DNA of 64,000 nt from Octopus bimaculoides (taxonomy: Eukaryota): positions 78,870,996-78,934,995 of the forward strand of contig NC_068983.1 in assembly GCF_001194135.2 (NCBI RefSeq), read 5' to 3'. Below the pieces are notes generated by a model, which made no database searches, had not been told where the DNA came from, and saw nothing but the letters and a program-made list of their open reading frames with translations. This document shows positions 11,134 to 23,176 of the stretch, piece by piece. Position 1 is the first letter of the stretch, and each line of letters opens with the position of its first letter. The position numbers were made by a program, and so were the translations under genes.

Positions 11134-11190
11134 ATCAAACTCGGAATCTTGGGGTTAGTAGCCTGCATTCTTAACCACTATGCCATATGC
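11134..11190 (-). promoter_or_regulatory. tRNA-like Pol III head inside PLE-B pseudo-LTR region
   Basis: gcatatggcatagtggttaagaatgcaggctactaaccccaagattccgagtttgat: A-box TGGCATAGTGG, anticodon-like loop CT-ACT-AA, damaged B-box GAGTTTGAT. Confidence 0.6.
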
Positions 11191-11619
11191 TTGTGGGCAA
11201 TTATGGAGTGAATTTTAGGGCTTATAAATCTAATATTCTCCTATCCTTCTTTAATACCAGTTCCCATATGCTACTCATATTTGCACTCGGTCAGCTGTGG
11301 TAGGTTATACAAAGGCCAAACATGCTTCCCCCTAAAATAAGGGTAGACAAACATCACAAAACTGTGACATGAGGAGATATTGATAAATCAGGTATAGCTG
11401 ATCATGTATGGAAAAGTGGAGACCACCTCCCCCTGTGGGATGAAATTGAAATAATAAACAGGGAACACCACTGGAAAATACGAAAACTAAAAGAAGCAGT
11501 ACATGTGCTAGGACACAACAACCTAATAAACAGACCGAATGAAGCTCAAAACGTTGTGTTAACAACAAACAAGATCAGGACAAGATCCAGCAAATGTAAA
11601 TAATGTAAATAATGAAACT

Positions 11620-13380
11620 TTTAGCTAGGGTTTCAGTAAGATGTCTAGAAAATTGCTTAGATAGTGGGTTTTACATACTGGGTCAGCTATAATGGGCCTT
11701 AACTTTAAGTCTTCTGGCACTTGGATATTTATGTATTTGCCTCGTGATTGTTTGCAGGTTTCATAAATTATCTTGCTCTTGTGTATTTTAGGTAGGCTGT
11801 AAAAAAGACTAGGTTTACATTTGAAATTCCTGATGTAATCTGTTTCTTTTTCTGTCAGGCCTTTTTAATGTAGAAGTATTAAGAATGCAAGATGTTTCAT
11901 AGTCTTTTGTTGTTTGTAGTTTATGACTTTTTCATAGAAGGCATTGTTTTCTAGCCTAGATAATACTAGGATTTTATAGTATTTTGTGTCCATCAGAACT
12001 ACAGCACTTCCTTTGTCTTCTTCTTTGATAGTCAGGTCATTGTCGTTTTGTAGTTCATTTAGATTTTTCCATTCTAGATTGTTGAGGTTTGAATTAATTT
12101 TTCATTTATGCAAAGTATATGGGAAATTTTAGATATAGTCACAGAAGTCATTTAGTGTTTTATTCCTACCTTTAGGTGGAAGGTAATTGTTTGTTTTTAA
12201 CCAGTGACTCATCTTCATTGTTGTAGTCAGTTAATGCTTCAGTGAGTCGTAGTTTCCTACAGAATTCCGAAATATTGTCTTTAATTTTATTATGGTTAGA
12301 TCTTCGTGGGATTGGAGTAAACTTTAATCCTTTAGCTACTATACTGATTTTTGTTACAGTGAGAGTTTTCTTTGATAAATTTATTACTTTGGGTTTCTCT
12401 TGTAAGTTTTGTTCCAACATGTGTCCCTGTTTCTCTCCAGTCAGTCTAAAAAAATGTTTACTGTAATTTGGTTGGTAGAAGTTATTTGTATTATTATTGT
12501 TATTAATAAAATCAGTATTATTATTGTTATTGTTTATTATATTGCAAATGGTAGGAGGTTGATGTTGCTGTCTGGGTAAACTGGTTGTAAGTATGTGGTT
12601 CAGGTTTCTTTGTTGGAATAAATTGTTGGGGTGCTTAATTATGTGTGGGATGTTGAGGAGTTGGTTGTGTTGTCTGGGTAAATAGGTTGAGAACCGTAGG
12701 TTGAGTTTCTTCATTGGGGGGTAGAGGGAGTCACTTGGACGTTTCTAGTTGACAGGGAGAAAATAATCACTCCTAACCCTAGGTTGGTTTCTTCTAGTAT
12801 TTCTTATTAGTGAGTTGACCCCATTACTAGATTGAGAATGGTTTACTTCCAGGTGAGAAGTCAATTTTGTGTGTTTGTGTTCTTTTGGATGTTTATAGTT
12901 TGATCTAGGTGGATGTGTATTTATTTCTATAGATGTACTTGTTCTAGAATTTTTCAGGAAGGGGTTATCTGAAGTGTAGTCTCTTTTAAACTGAGTCCAA
13001 CCTACTTGAAGGTTTGGATTTCCTTTTCAAACAAGGAGAGAGGTTAACAATTAAAACCAACTTCACTTGTGCCTTTCAGAACCTAATTTATGTACTAACC
13101 TGCTCGAGTTGTGGACATCACTATATAGGAGAGACAAGTATGACATTGAGACGGAGAACCACTCTACATAAAGAGCAGATCCAGTTCCCACAATACAGAC
13201 AGATTCCTTTAAGTGAACACGTAGAGAGATGTGCAAGTAACATCAAACCAAATTTCACAGTTTTCCTCTTCTACCAATGCAGAGATACAATTTCTTTACA
13301 AGAACATTTAAATAAAGAAAATCAATTCATTGTAAAATACAGAATACATCTAAATATGCACTCATAACCAACTTTGATCT
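11620..13380. mobile_element. PLE-C (Neptune-like): minus-strand N-terminus and RT start (13005-11620), plus-strand GIY-YIG endonuclease (13014-13367)
   Basis: Minus: VINLSKKTLT...KGLKFTPIP...EFCRKLRL, LTIKEEDKGSAVVLMD, LFYSLPKIHK, LRPIIA. Plus: NFTCAFQNLIYVLTCSSCGHHYIGETSMTLRRRTTLHKEQI...SEHVERC. Confidence 0.92.
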
Positions 13381-14134
13381 CTATACATATTTTAATTCAT
13401 GATTACATACCCATCATTGCACATATTTCTCCCCACTACTCTAGTCTTTGAATTTTTGTGTGTATATATATATATATATNNNNNNNNNNNNNNNNNNNNN
13501 NNNNNNNNNNNNNNNNNNNNNNNNNNNNNNNNNNNNNNNNNNNNNNNNNNNNNNNNNNNNNNNNNNNNNNNNNNNNNNNNNNNNNNNNNNNNNNNNNNNN
13601 NNNNNNNNNNNNNNNNNNNNNNNNNNNNNNNNNNNNNNNNNNNNNNNNNNNNNNNNNNNNNNNNNNNNNNNNNNNNNNNNNNNNNNNNNNNNNNNNNNNN
13701 NNNNNNNNNNNNNNNNNNNNNNNNNNNNNNNNNNNNNNNNNNNNNNNNNNNNNNNNNNNNNNNNNNNNNNNNNNNNNNNNNNNNNNNNNNNNNNNNNNNN
13801 NNNNNNNNNNNNNNNNNNNNNNNNNNNNNNNNNNNNNNNNNNNNNNNNNNNNNNNNNNNNNNNNNNNNNNNNNNNNNNNNNNNNNNNNNNNNNNNNNNNN
13901 NNNNNNNNNNNNNNNNNNNNNNNNNNNNNNNNNNNNNNNNNNNNNNNNNNNNNNNNNNNNNNNNNNNNNNNNNNNNNNNNNNNNNNNNNNNNNNNNNNNN
14001 NNNNNNNNNNNNNNNNNNNNNNNNNNNNNNNNNNNNNNNNNNNNNNNNNNNNNNNNNNNNNNNNNNNNNNNNNNNNNNNNNNNNNNNNNNNNNNNNNNNN
14101 NNNNNNTATATATATATATATATATATATATCTA

Positions 14135-15480
14135 TCATCATCATCATCATCATCATCGTCGTCATCATTTAACATCTGCTTTCCATGCTGGCATGGGTTG
14201 GACGGTTTGACTGATCTGGCAGAATTTCTACAGCAGCTAGATGCCTTTCCTAACTCCAACCACTCCGAGAGTGTGGCGGGTGCTTTTACGTGCCACTGGC
14301 ATGAGGGCCTGTTAGGCGGTACTGGCAACGGCCATGCTCAAATGGTGTTTTTTACATGCCACTTGCACAGGAGTCAGTCCAGCAGCCCTGTCAACAACCT
14401 CGCTTGAATGTTGTTTTTCACGTGACACCGGCACAAGTGCCAGTAAGGCGACGCTGGTAACAATTATGCTTGAATGGTGCTTTTTATGTGCCACTAGTAT
14501 GGGAGTCAGTCAGTGACTCAGGCAACAATCATGCTTCGATGGTGGTCTTAGCGCTCCTCTGGCATGGATGCCAGTCATGCAGTGCTGTCATTGAATTTGA
14601 TTTCGATTTCGATTTCACTTGCCTCAACAGGTCTTCACAAGCAGAGTTTAGTGTCCAATAAAGGAAAGTTATGCATAAGCGGGCCGGTTACACCCCTGGC
14701 AGAGGCCACGGGTTATGGTCTCACTTGGCTTGCTGGGTCTTCTCAAGCATATTTCCAAAGGTCTCAGTCACTAGTCATTGCCTCGGTGAGGCCTAATGTT
14801 CGAAGGACGTGCTTCACTACCTTATCCCAGTTCTTCCTGGGTCAACCTCTTCCATAGGTTCCCTCAACTGCTAAGGTGTAACACTTTTCCATACAGCTAT
14901 CCTCATCCATTCTCACCACATGTCCATACCAGCACAGTCGTCTCTCTTGCACACCACTTCTGATGCTTCTCAGGTCCAACTTTTCCCTCAAGGCACTTAC
15001 ACTCTGTTGACTATGCACACTGACATAACACATTCATCAGAGCATACTCGCTTCATTCCTTGCAAGCTTACACATGTCCTCAGCAGTCACAGCCCATGTT
15101 TCACTGCCATGTTGCATGGCTGTTCATACACATGTGTCATACAATCAACCTTTCATCCTGAGTGAGAGGCCCTTTGTCCCCAGCAGAGGTAGAAGCTCTC
15201 TGAACTTTGCCCAAGCTATTCTTATTCTAGCAGCTACACTTTCAGAGCAGCCACCCCCGCTACTGACTTGGTCACCTAGATAGTGGAAGCTATCAACTAC
15301 TTTTAGTTTTTCTCCCTGGAATGTGACAAAAGTTGTTCTCTGCACATCTTCAGTGTTTATTGCTCCTGAGCATTTGCCACATACAAAACTATCTTCCCAG
15401 TTAGTCTCCCTTTGATATTGCTGCACCTCTTATGTGTCCATAGCTTACGCTGGGTATATCTTATAGAGTTTTTACCTACA
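14135..15480 (-). mobile_element. 5'-truncated RTE-type LINE with 3' UTR and (GAT)n tail
   Basis: VVDSFHYLGDQVSSGGGCSESVAARIRIAWAKFRELLPLL and LREKLDLRSIRSGVQERRLCWYGHVVRMDE, followed by the recurrent ...ggcatctagctgtagaaattctgcc...ttaaatgatgacgacgatgatg tail. Confidence 0.9.
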
Positions 15481-15969
15481 CCTTTTCTACAGATTGAGCA
15501 GGGCCATCTACCTGAAGGGATTTGTGATGTATATATTTATGTATGGATTTTTGTGTCTGCGTTTCTCCCCCATCACCACTTGACAACCCCCATTGGTGTG
15601 TTTACATCCCTGTAATTTAGTATTTCGGCAAAAGAGAAAACTAGAATAAGTACTAGGCTTGCGAAAAAAGTTCTGGGGTTGATTTGTTCGACTAAAACCC
15701 TTGAAAGCACTGCTACAGCATGGCCACAATTGAATGACAGAAACAAGGAAGAAGAAGAAGATCTACAGGGATAGATGTATATGTGCGTGTGTATGTGTGT
15801 GCATGTATTTGTATGTGCATGTGTAAGTGTGGGTGTGTGTGTGTGTACATATCTGTCTTTGTTACTGTCACTGCTTCATAACTGTTGTTGGTTTGCTTAC
15901 ATCCCTGTAAATTAGCAGTTCAGCAAAGGAGACTTATAGAATAAGTCCTGAGGCCAACTTGATCTACAC

Positions 15970-16460
15970 AGGCATAGGCATGTCTGTGTGGTAAGAAGCT
16001 TGCTTCTCAACCACATGGTTCCAAGTTCAGTCCTACTGCATGGCACGTTGACCAAAGCCTTGTGAATGGATTTGGTAGATGAAAATTGAAAGAAGCTCAT
16101 CGTGTNNNNNNNNNNNNNNNNNNNNNNNNNNNNNNNNNNNNNNNNNNNNNNNNNNNNNNNNNNNNNNNNNNNNNNNNNNNNNNNNNNNNNNNNNNNNNNN
16201 NNNNNNNNNNNNNNNNNNNNNNNNATGTATGTATGTATGTATGTATGTATTTGTATGTCTGTGTATGTTCCCCCAACCATCACTTGACAACCAATGCTGG
16301 TGCATTTATGTCCCTGTAACTTAGCAGTTTGGCAAAAGAGACCAATAGAATAAGTACTAGGCTTACAAAGAATAAGTCCTGGAGTCAATTTGTTCGACTA
16401 AAGGGCAGTGCTCCAGAATAGCCACAGTCAAATGATTTAATCAAGCAAAAGAATAAAAGA
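15970..16460 (+). mobile_element. Composite SINE family II (head, internal microsatellite/gap, tail)
   Basis: Same head and tail as 23653-24047; the gap 16106-16224 lies in the internal microsatellite. Confidence 0.75.
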
Positions 16461-17644
16461 ATGCAAACCCTTCAAGGAACTGCCCCAACTTGGGTCAGAG
16501 TTCAGTGACTGAAACAAATAAAAGAATAGAATAAAATAAAGAAGGTGCAAATATAATACTAACAACAGCAATGATGAAAAAACAAAGATGGCAGCTTTGA
16601 CAGTTGCCTTAAACTTTTGTGATTAAATATGAAAAATATTTCCAACAAATCCAGCTTGCATTTTACTGGAAAAATTATTTTTGTGAATCACCAGGGAATC
16701 GGAAATAAAAACAAATTGTAAAAATACTAATAAAATTATCAAAGAATATCTGCTGGACTAAATAATGAAAGGGTTTTTTTTATATTTGCCTTAAACTGAA
16801 AGTATTTTGCAGGTGAGTGATGGAGGGAGAAAGTAGATGTTCATGATCTGGATCATTAAAACACATAATTTATAGTTTGTAGGCTATAGACACCTGAAGC
16901 AGTTTTAATACCAGAAACCCCACTGCAGGAACATACATGTGCACATCTATGTGTGTGCATGTATGTGTGCATATGTGTGTGTGTATGTATGAATGTGTGT
17001 GAGTTAGTATGAGTATATGTGTATATATATACATATACACACACTCACTATATACACACACACACATATATATATATATATACATATGTATGTATACACA
17101 CATACATATGTTTGCATATATATATAGAGATGCATACATATATACATACATAGGTATATATATATATATATATATATNNNNNNNNNNNNNNNNNNNNNNN
17201 NNNNNNNNNNNNNNNNNNNNNNNNNNNNNNNNNNNNNNNNNNNNNNNNNNNNNNNNNNNNNNNNNNNNNNNNNNNNNNNNNNNNNNNNNNNNNNNNNNNN
17301 NNNNNNNNNNNNNNNNNNNNNNNNNNNNNNNNNNNNNNNNNNNNNNNNNNNNNNNNNNNNNNNNNNNNNNNNNNNNNNNNNNNNNNNNNNNNNNNNNNNN
17401 NNNNNNNNNNNNNNNNNNNNNNNNNNNNNNNNNNNNNNNNNNNNNNNNNNNNNNNNNNNNNNNNNNNNNNNNNNNNNNNNNNNNNNNNNNNNNNNNNNNN
17501 NNNNNNNNNNNNNNNNNNNNNNNNNNNNNNNNNNNNNNNNNNNNNNNNNNNNNNNNNNNNNNNNNNNNNNNNNNNNNNNNNNNNNTATATGTATGTATTT
17601 ATGTATGTATGTATGTATGTATGTATGTATGTATGTATGTATGC

Positions 17645-17684
<40 letters not shown>

Positions 17685-17983
17685 CAATGAATCAGAAATT
17701 AGGAATGAAATTGACTTTAATGTTCAATTTTTACTGCATTTTAGCAATATAATATGAAAATATGTTCAATTTACTTACATTTTAGCAATGAAATATGTAA
17801 CAAAAATAAATAATAAAAAAAAGACACTTTTGTAACAGATCAAACTTTTCAAAGCACTTTTGTAAGAAAAAAAAAGTTCTGATGATCCAATACACACATA
17901 AAATTTTCCTAAAGGTAAACATATGACTAATTCAAAAATACATATAAATACGATTTTTATAACAATTTTTCTTTTAATTTTTA

Positions 17984-18045
17984 ACTTATGGAAAATTCTT
18001 TACTTATGGAAAATTCTTTACTTATGGAAAATTCTTTACTTATGG
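17984..18045. repeat. 18-bp tandem repeat, about 3.5 copies
   Basis: acttatggaaaattcttt recurs at 17984, 18002 and 18020, with a partial copy at 18038. Confidence 0.9.
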
Positions 18046-18744
18046 TAAGATATTTACCATGGATTGCTAATCATTTTGGAAAAAAAAAGAATTATTTTTT
18101 TCTCCTCTGCAATTTTGTTTCAGTATTCTGATCTTCAGAAGAGAAATTATCTCAAAGATAATATTTGGCAGTTTCAAAAAACTTCCTTGTGAGGTTTGCT
18201 TCATATTTTTTACATTCAAATAATTAAAGAGATTTTTTTTTCTTCATATTGCAACCATTTGGTCTTTATATATTCCTTTATTATTTTTTTTACAAATGTC
18301 AGTCTTTGGACAACATCTATGCTGGAACTCTGGTTTTTAAAAGATTTACTTAATAATATCAAGACTGAGTCTTTATCTTTCATTTTTTATCAGTCATTAG
18401 GCTACAGCCATGCTGGGGCACTGCCTTGAAGAGTTTTAGTCAGAATGAATCAACCCTAGCACTTATTTTTTTTTAAGTCTGGTATTTATTCTATTTGTCT
18501 CTTTAGCTAAATCACTAGGTTACTGGATTGTAAACACACCAACATCAGTTGTAAAGTTGTAGGGGAGAAACACACATACATGTCCAACCCATGCTAGCAT
18601 AGAAGGTGGACATTAAACAATGATGATGATGTCCAACCCATGCCAGCATGGAAGGTGGACATTAAATGATGATGATGATGACACACACACACACATACAT
18701 ACACATAATGAGCTTCTTTCAGTTTCCATCTACCACCCTGGCAC

Positions 18745-20728
18745 TTGCCAAGGTGTGAATTCTCTTATCAAGCTATTCAATTATTAAAACTGGTAGAGTT
18801 GACATCATGAAATGTTCATCTTATAATAATGTTTAATTTAGAAATGAAGGCAGTGATGAACAATTTATAGTCAACAATTTCTTTTTGCCTTCTTTGCAGT
18901 AACATATTGAAATCATTTACATTGGCAAATATGTCACTAAGGTAAAAACATTACATTTTGTAGCAATTAGTGAAGTAGACAGTAAAGTATTTTGAAGATA
19001 AAATTATATTGTGCCAAAAAGTTCAACAAATGGATCACAGAGTTGCCTTTTGACAACCATTGTACTTTAGTGCCATAAAAAAGCCTAACGTAGTCATTAT
19101 CATTATCACAGCACAGTTGACAGAAAGTTTGCTCAAAGAATTCAACTTTAGCTTATTCACAGTTTTAGTAAGTAACTACAGTACATCACTAGGCCTATCA
19201 TTGATATTTTAGACACTAAATGATGTCAGTGAGCCACACAGTGAACTGATAAATCAGGATGCAAAAGTTCAAGTTTTGAGAGAGAAGAGAAATGTTTGTA
19301 TCAACCTACTATAGCAGGTGCTTCCTCAGATGCACAGGTAACAATGTCGTTCAATGGGATGTTATGATCACTAAAAAATAGATTCAATAAATTTAAAATA
19401 GATATACCTTTTGAGTCAAGCAACAATTGATTAGTGAGCAGTATCTCTTCACAAAACAGTGAACATTTTTATAAAAAAGCAAACATACACCATCATCGTT
19501 CATCAACTTGTATGGAAAATTCAGGACTCTGAAGATTGTGGATGAGTTAATGTTTGACATCAGTGGCTATTTCATTTATACATCAAGAAATTGTGTTATT
19601 ACAAAGTGGAATTATCTTGATAATTGTGTCAGGCTTCTTATATGTAATACCGTTAGGTCAAAGTAATGTTTGGGACTTACTGGCCTTTGCAACCAGTAAC
19701 ACAATGTTGTACAATACAATCATCCTATTATCTTGCGGTGTAGTTGCTTTCTGAAATTCCGAGATCGATGTTTCTGCTTTACAAACGAGGTCTCAAGTTG
19801 TAAGAAATATGACAAAGGTTTTCCTTCCAGTCAGCATGCTTAGAATATAAATGCTACTTTAGGCTTCATGGCTTCATTGCTTAAATTCTGGTTGCACATA
19901 AAACAGAGGTAATTGACAGCTCTGAAGAGAGGTGATTAAGCCATAAGATAAATAATCAATACTGAGTTGATGACAAATTTTTTTTTTAAATGAAGACATT
20001 GGAATGTTTAAAAATCATACAATAGGAACAACAGATAACAAAATTTTTGTCCATCAAGTTCTATGGTAACTCTAAGTTCATTTTCAATAATCCACAAATA
20101 TGAGATCACAAGACATGCAATCACTTGGCAATCAATGCAATCCAACTACTTCAAGTGGCTGTGCTTTGAACTGTGAACAGGTTTCTCAGATTTTGTTGGA
20201 CATTGTCGCCAATACTTCTTTTTTGACAGCCTGTTGGCTGAGTCCTAAGAGGTCACTGCTTCTCTCTATATATGCGTGATCTCTTGGGGCTGGCAGTATT
20301 GGTGAGTTTATCCTGAGATCACTTCTTAATATTACTGGTAAAATTGTTCTTCATTAGCCCTTATCTGATTTATATCCAAAACAATGTTATTTCATTCAAA
20401 GAACTATCTGAACGTTATTGCCCCTTCTCAAAACTATAGAAAAAAAAACCAAAATGTCCCCTGTTTGAAGGTATGTTTATATCTTATCTAGTAATGTGGT
20501 CCAGTTATTTCCATTTAGCCTCATGTTTTTTATGCTGTTTTCTTTTTAAATATGTTCTTTGAATATTTTTTCGGTAAACAGGTGTTCAAATACTTTCTTA
20601 ATACTCAAACTCCTGTCACCCACCAAAATTTCCAGTCACCTACCATTTTCCGATCAGTTGCTCAACACCCACCAAACAGTTGAAATTGTCCACTGGTAGG
20701 TATAAACGCCCAGGCTGGGAGAACCTTG
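18745..20728 (-). mobile_element. Decayed hAT transposon (Buster/Charlie/ZBED5-like)
   Basis: Hand translation: DYLSYG...CNQNLSNEAMKP, IPLCNNTIS*CINEIATDV...FSIQVDE, VRLFYGTKVQWLSKGN, LSDIFANVNDFNMLLQ. The end at 20728 reads caaggttctcccagcctggg, similar to Charlie-type CAGGGGTTCCCAACCTGGG termini. Confidence 0.85.
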
Positions 20729-20949
20729 GGGTTTGAGGGACAGAAAATTAGATAGGTCAGCAAATGTGCAAGAGTGAAAAATGTGATTGAAGATTAAAGA
20801 TGGAGATTGAGTTGGACACAGTGAATATCATTTTGGGAAAGGAGAAGTAAAGGAAAGAAATAGGAGTGGGACAGTGAAGAAGAGGTGACAAGGGGCAGTA
20901 GTAGAAATAGACAGGTCCTTGGATGGATGGTTCCTTGGATGGATGGCTC

Positions 20950-21490
20950 CTTGGATGGATGTTCTCAAGCACAACATATCACCATTCATCTCAGTCTCCC
21001 ATCTACTTCAAGAGGTTTTACATATTGAGGTCATTCTTCTATCCATCCCACATTTTCCTGAGTTTTCTTCTTCCACAGATTCCTTCACATTTGAGCAATT
21101 GGCACTTCTTCACACAGCTGTTCTCATCTATCTGCATCACATGACCATACCAGCACAGTCTTCTCTCCTGAACACATCAAATGCCTCTTATGCCCACTTT
21201 TTCTTTCGATACAGTTGTACTTTATCATACATATACATTTGTACTTTATCATACATATACATTTGTACTTTATCAAGCACAGACAGTACATGCGAGTTTC
21301 ATTTCTTTCTAGACTTCACATTTGCTTTGCAGTCACAACCTAAGCTTCACAACCGTGTTGCATTGGTGATTACGTGCAAGCATTGTACAATCTGTTTTTC
21401 ACTCTGCGAGAGAAGCCTTTTGTTACAAGCAGAGGTAAGAGTTCTCTGTACTTTCTTCAGCCAGTTCTTATTCTAGCAACTATACTTTCA
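20950..21490 (-). mobile_element. RTE-type LINE C-terminal fragment
   Basis: catcacatgaccataccagcacagtcttctctcctgaacacatc and gagagaagccttttgttacaagcagaggtaagagttctctgtac match the other RTE copies. Confidence 0.7.
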
Positions 21491-22004
21491 GAGTATCTTC
21501 TTCCATATATATATGTACAGAGTATCCCATACTTTTTATCATTTACTTGTTTTAGTTATTGGACAGGAGCCATACTGAGACATGACCTTGAAGGGTTTAG
21601 TCTAACAAAACAATATTAGTGCTTATTTTTTTAAGTCTGATATTTATGCTGTTGGCTTCTTTTGCCAAACCATTAGGTTACAGGTATGTAAACAAACCAA
21701 CAACAATTGTCAAGCGTGGTGGAAGGCAATTACAACACAATGACAAAGGTACACTCACAGAGATACACACACACATGCATGCACACACACATGCACACAC
21801 ACATGCACACATATATACAGAGAGAGATTTGGCGATGCAAACAGGAAAAATAGAGAAAGATAGAACTCAAAATATGACTATATTTTACTTATTTCAGTCA
21901 TTAGACTGTGGCCATGCTGGAGCAATACCTCGATGGAATTTTAGTCAAATGAATCAACTCCAATACTTTTTGTTTTAAGCCTGGTACTCATTCTTTTCTA
22001 ATCT

Positions 22005-22172
22005 AGGTACAAGGCCCAAAATTTTGGGGGAGGGGACAGTCGATTAGATTGACCCCAGTATGCAACTAAAGGCAAAGTCAACCTCGGCGGAATTTGAACT
22101 CAGAACATAAAGACATGAAATACCGCTAAGTATTTCGCCCGGCATGCTAATGTGTCCGCCAGCTCACTGCCT
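22005..22172 (-). mobile_element. SINE family I, internally deleted
   Basis: aaaggcaaagtcaacctcggcggaatttgaactcagaac...gccagctcactgcc is the reverse complement of the 8717 copy. Confidence 0.7.
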
Positions 22173-22413
22173 TTACTTATTCTGTTGGTGTCTACACTGA
22201 ATTGCTAAGTTACAAGGATGTAAACACACCAGCACCAGTTGTCAAGCAGTGAAGCAACAGAATGACTAAAAAGCCAAGGTACACTTATGCATCTAAATGA
22301 ATATAATCTTGTTTCACTTTATATATATCTATAGATGTGTGTATATGTGTGTGTGTATGTGTGCATGTGAATACACACTCATGCATGTACAAGTGCAAAT
22401 GTATATATGTATA

Positions 22414-22452
<39 letters not shown>

Positions 22453-23176
22453 TGTATTTATATACACTCTCATTTATGTGTCCTCATCATCATCATCATC
22501 ATCATCATCAACATCATCGTTTAACATCCATTTTCCATGCTTGCATGGGTTGGACGGGTTGACTGAGGTCTGGAAAGCCAACGGCTGCACCAAGCTCCAA
22601 CTTGACCTGGCAATGTTTCTACAGCTGGATGCTAGAGTAAAGAGTAAAGACCCCCTTCAGTCATGAATGACCATGGGATTGCACCTAGAAAGTTACCCGC
22701 CAAGGCACAAGTCCAGATATGGTTGTTTATGGAAGACTAGCAGTGACCCATTCATACCAGCCTTCTCTCTCCACTCCACCGATGTTATTCAAAGACAGGC
22801 TAATATAGCTTGGCACCAGTGATGTCACAACTCATTTCTACAGAGATGTTCTTACCCTTTATGTGTGTGCATGTATGCACAAATTTTTCTTCTTTGTGTA
22901 TCTATGTATTTACTTATTGAACAGTATAACAAGCAAACTATTTGAAAAATATGAATTATCCACATGATATAGCAATTGCTTTATAATATGTTGCAGAACT
23001 ATCCAGGGTTATACTATAACCACCAGTACATTAATCTACAAATCCTCAATCTGTACCTAGTTTGATAAGCGCTAACATGAAACTCTCAGCCCTTGAATCA
23101 GTCTATTGCTTCTACTAAATACATATGTATACATAGAATACATATGTATTCTAAAAATTATTATAAGCAGTTACAA

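Larger units (their letters stand above)
10256..11615. mobile_element. PLE-B (Poseidon-like): minus-strand pseudo-LTR and ORF N-terminus (10996-10256), plus-strand endonuclease tail (11340-11537) and partial pseudo-LTR copy (11548-11615)
   Basis: Minus: LQWRHIEKLHQKLARLSNHLTFL..., VINVSS*HLESYEEAVLNKGLNFATT...LPKPNLTKEEK. Plus: GDIDKSGIADHVWKSGDH...WDEIEIINREHHWKIRKLKEAVHV...NRP. 11548-11614 is an inverted copy of about 10975-11043. Confidence 0.88.

Noticed and set aside
17984-18045. Short direct repeats (also 43270-43560, 47108-47195) as CRISPR-like arrays
   Set aside because: Units are contiguous without unique spacers, and the context is eukaryotic.
19554-19754. Hydrophobic ORF resembling a membrane or mitochondrial protein
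   Set aside because: It is the antisense frame of the hAT transposase relic.
21619-21978. ORF with signal-peptide-like start and KR site, resembling a neuropeptide precursor
   Set aside because: It runs through reverse-oriented SINE II tail sequence and a (CA)n tract, so it is repeat-derived.
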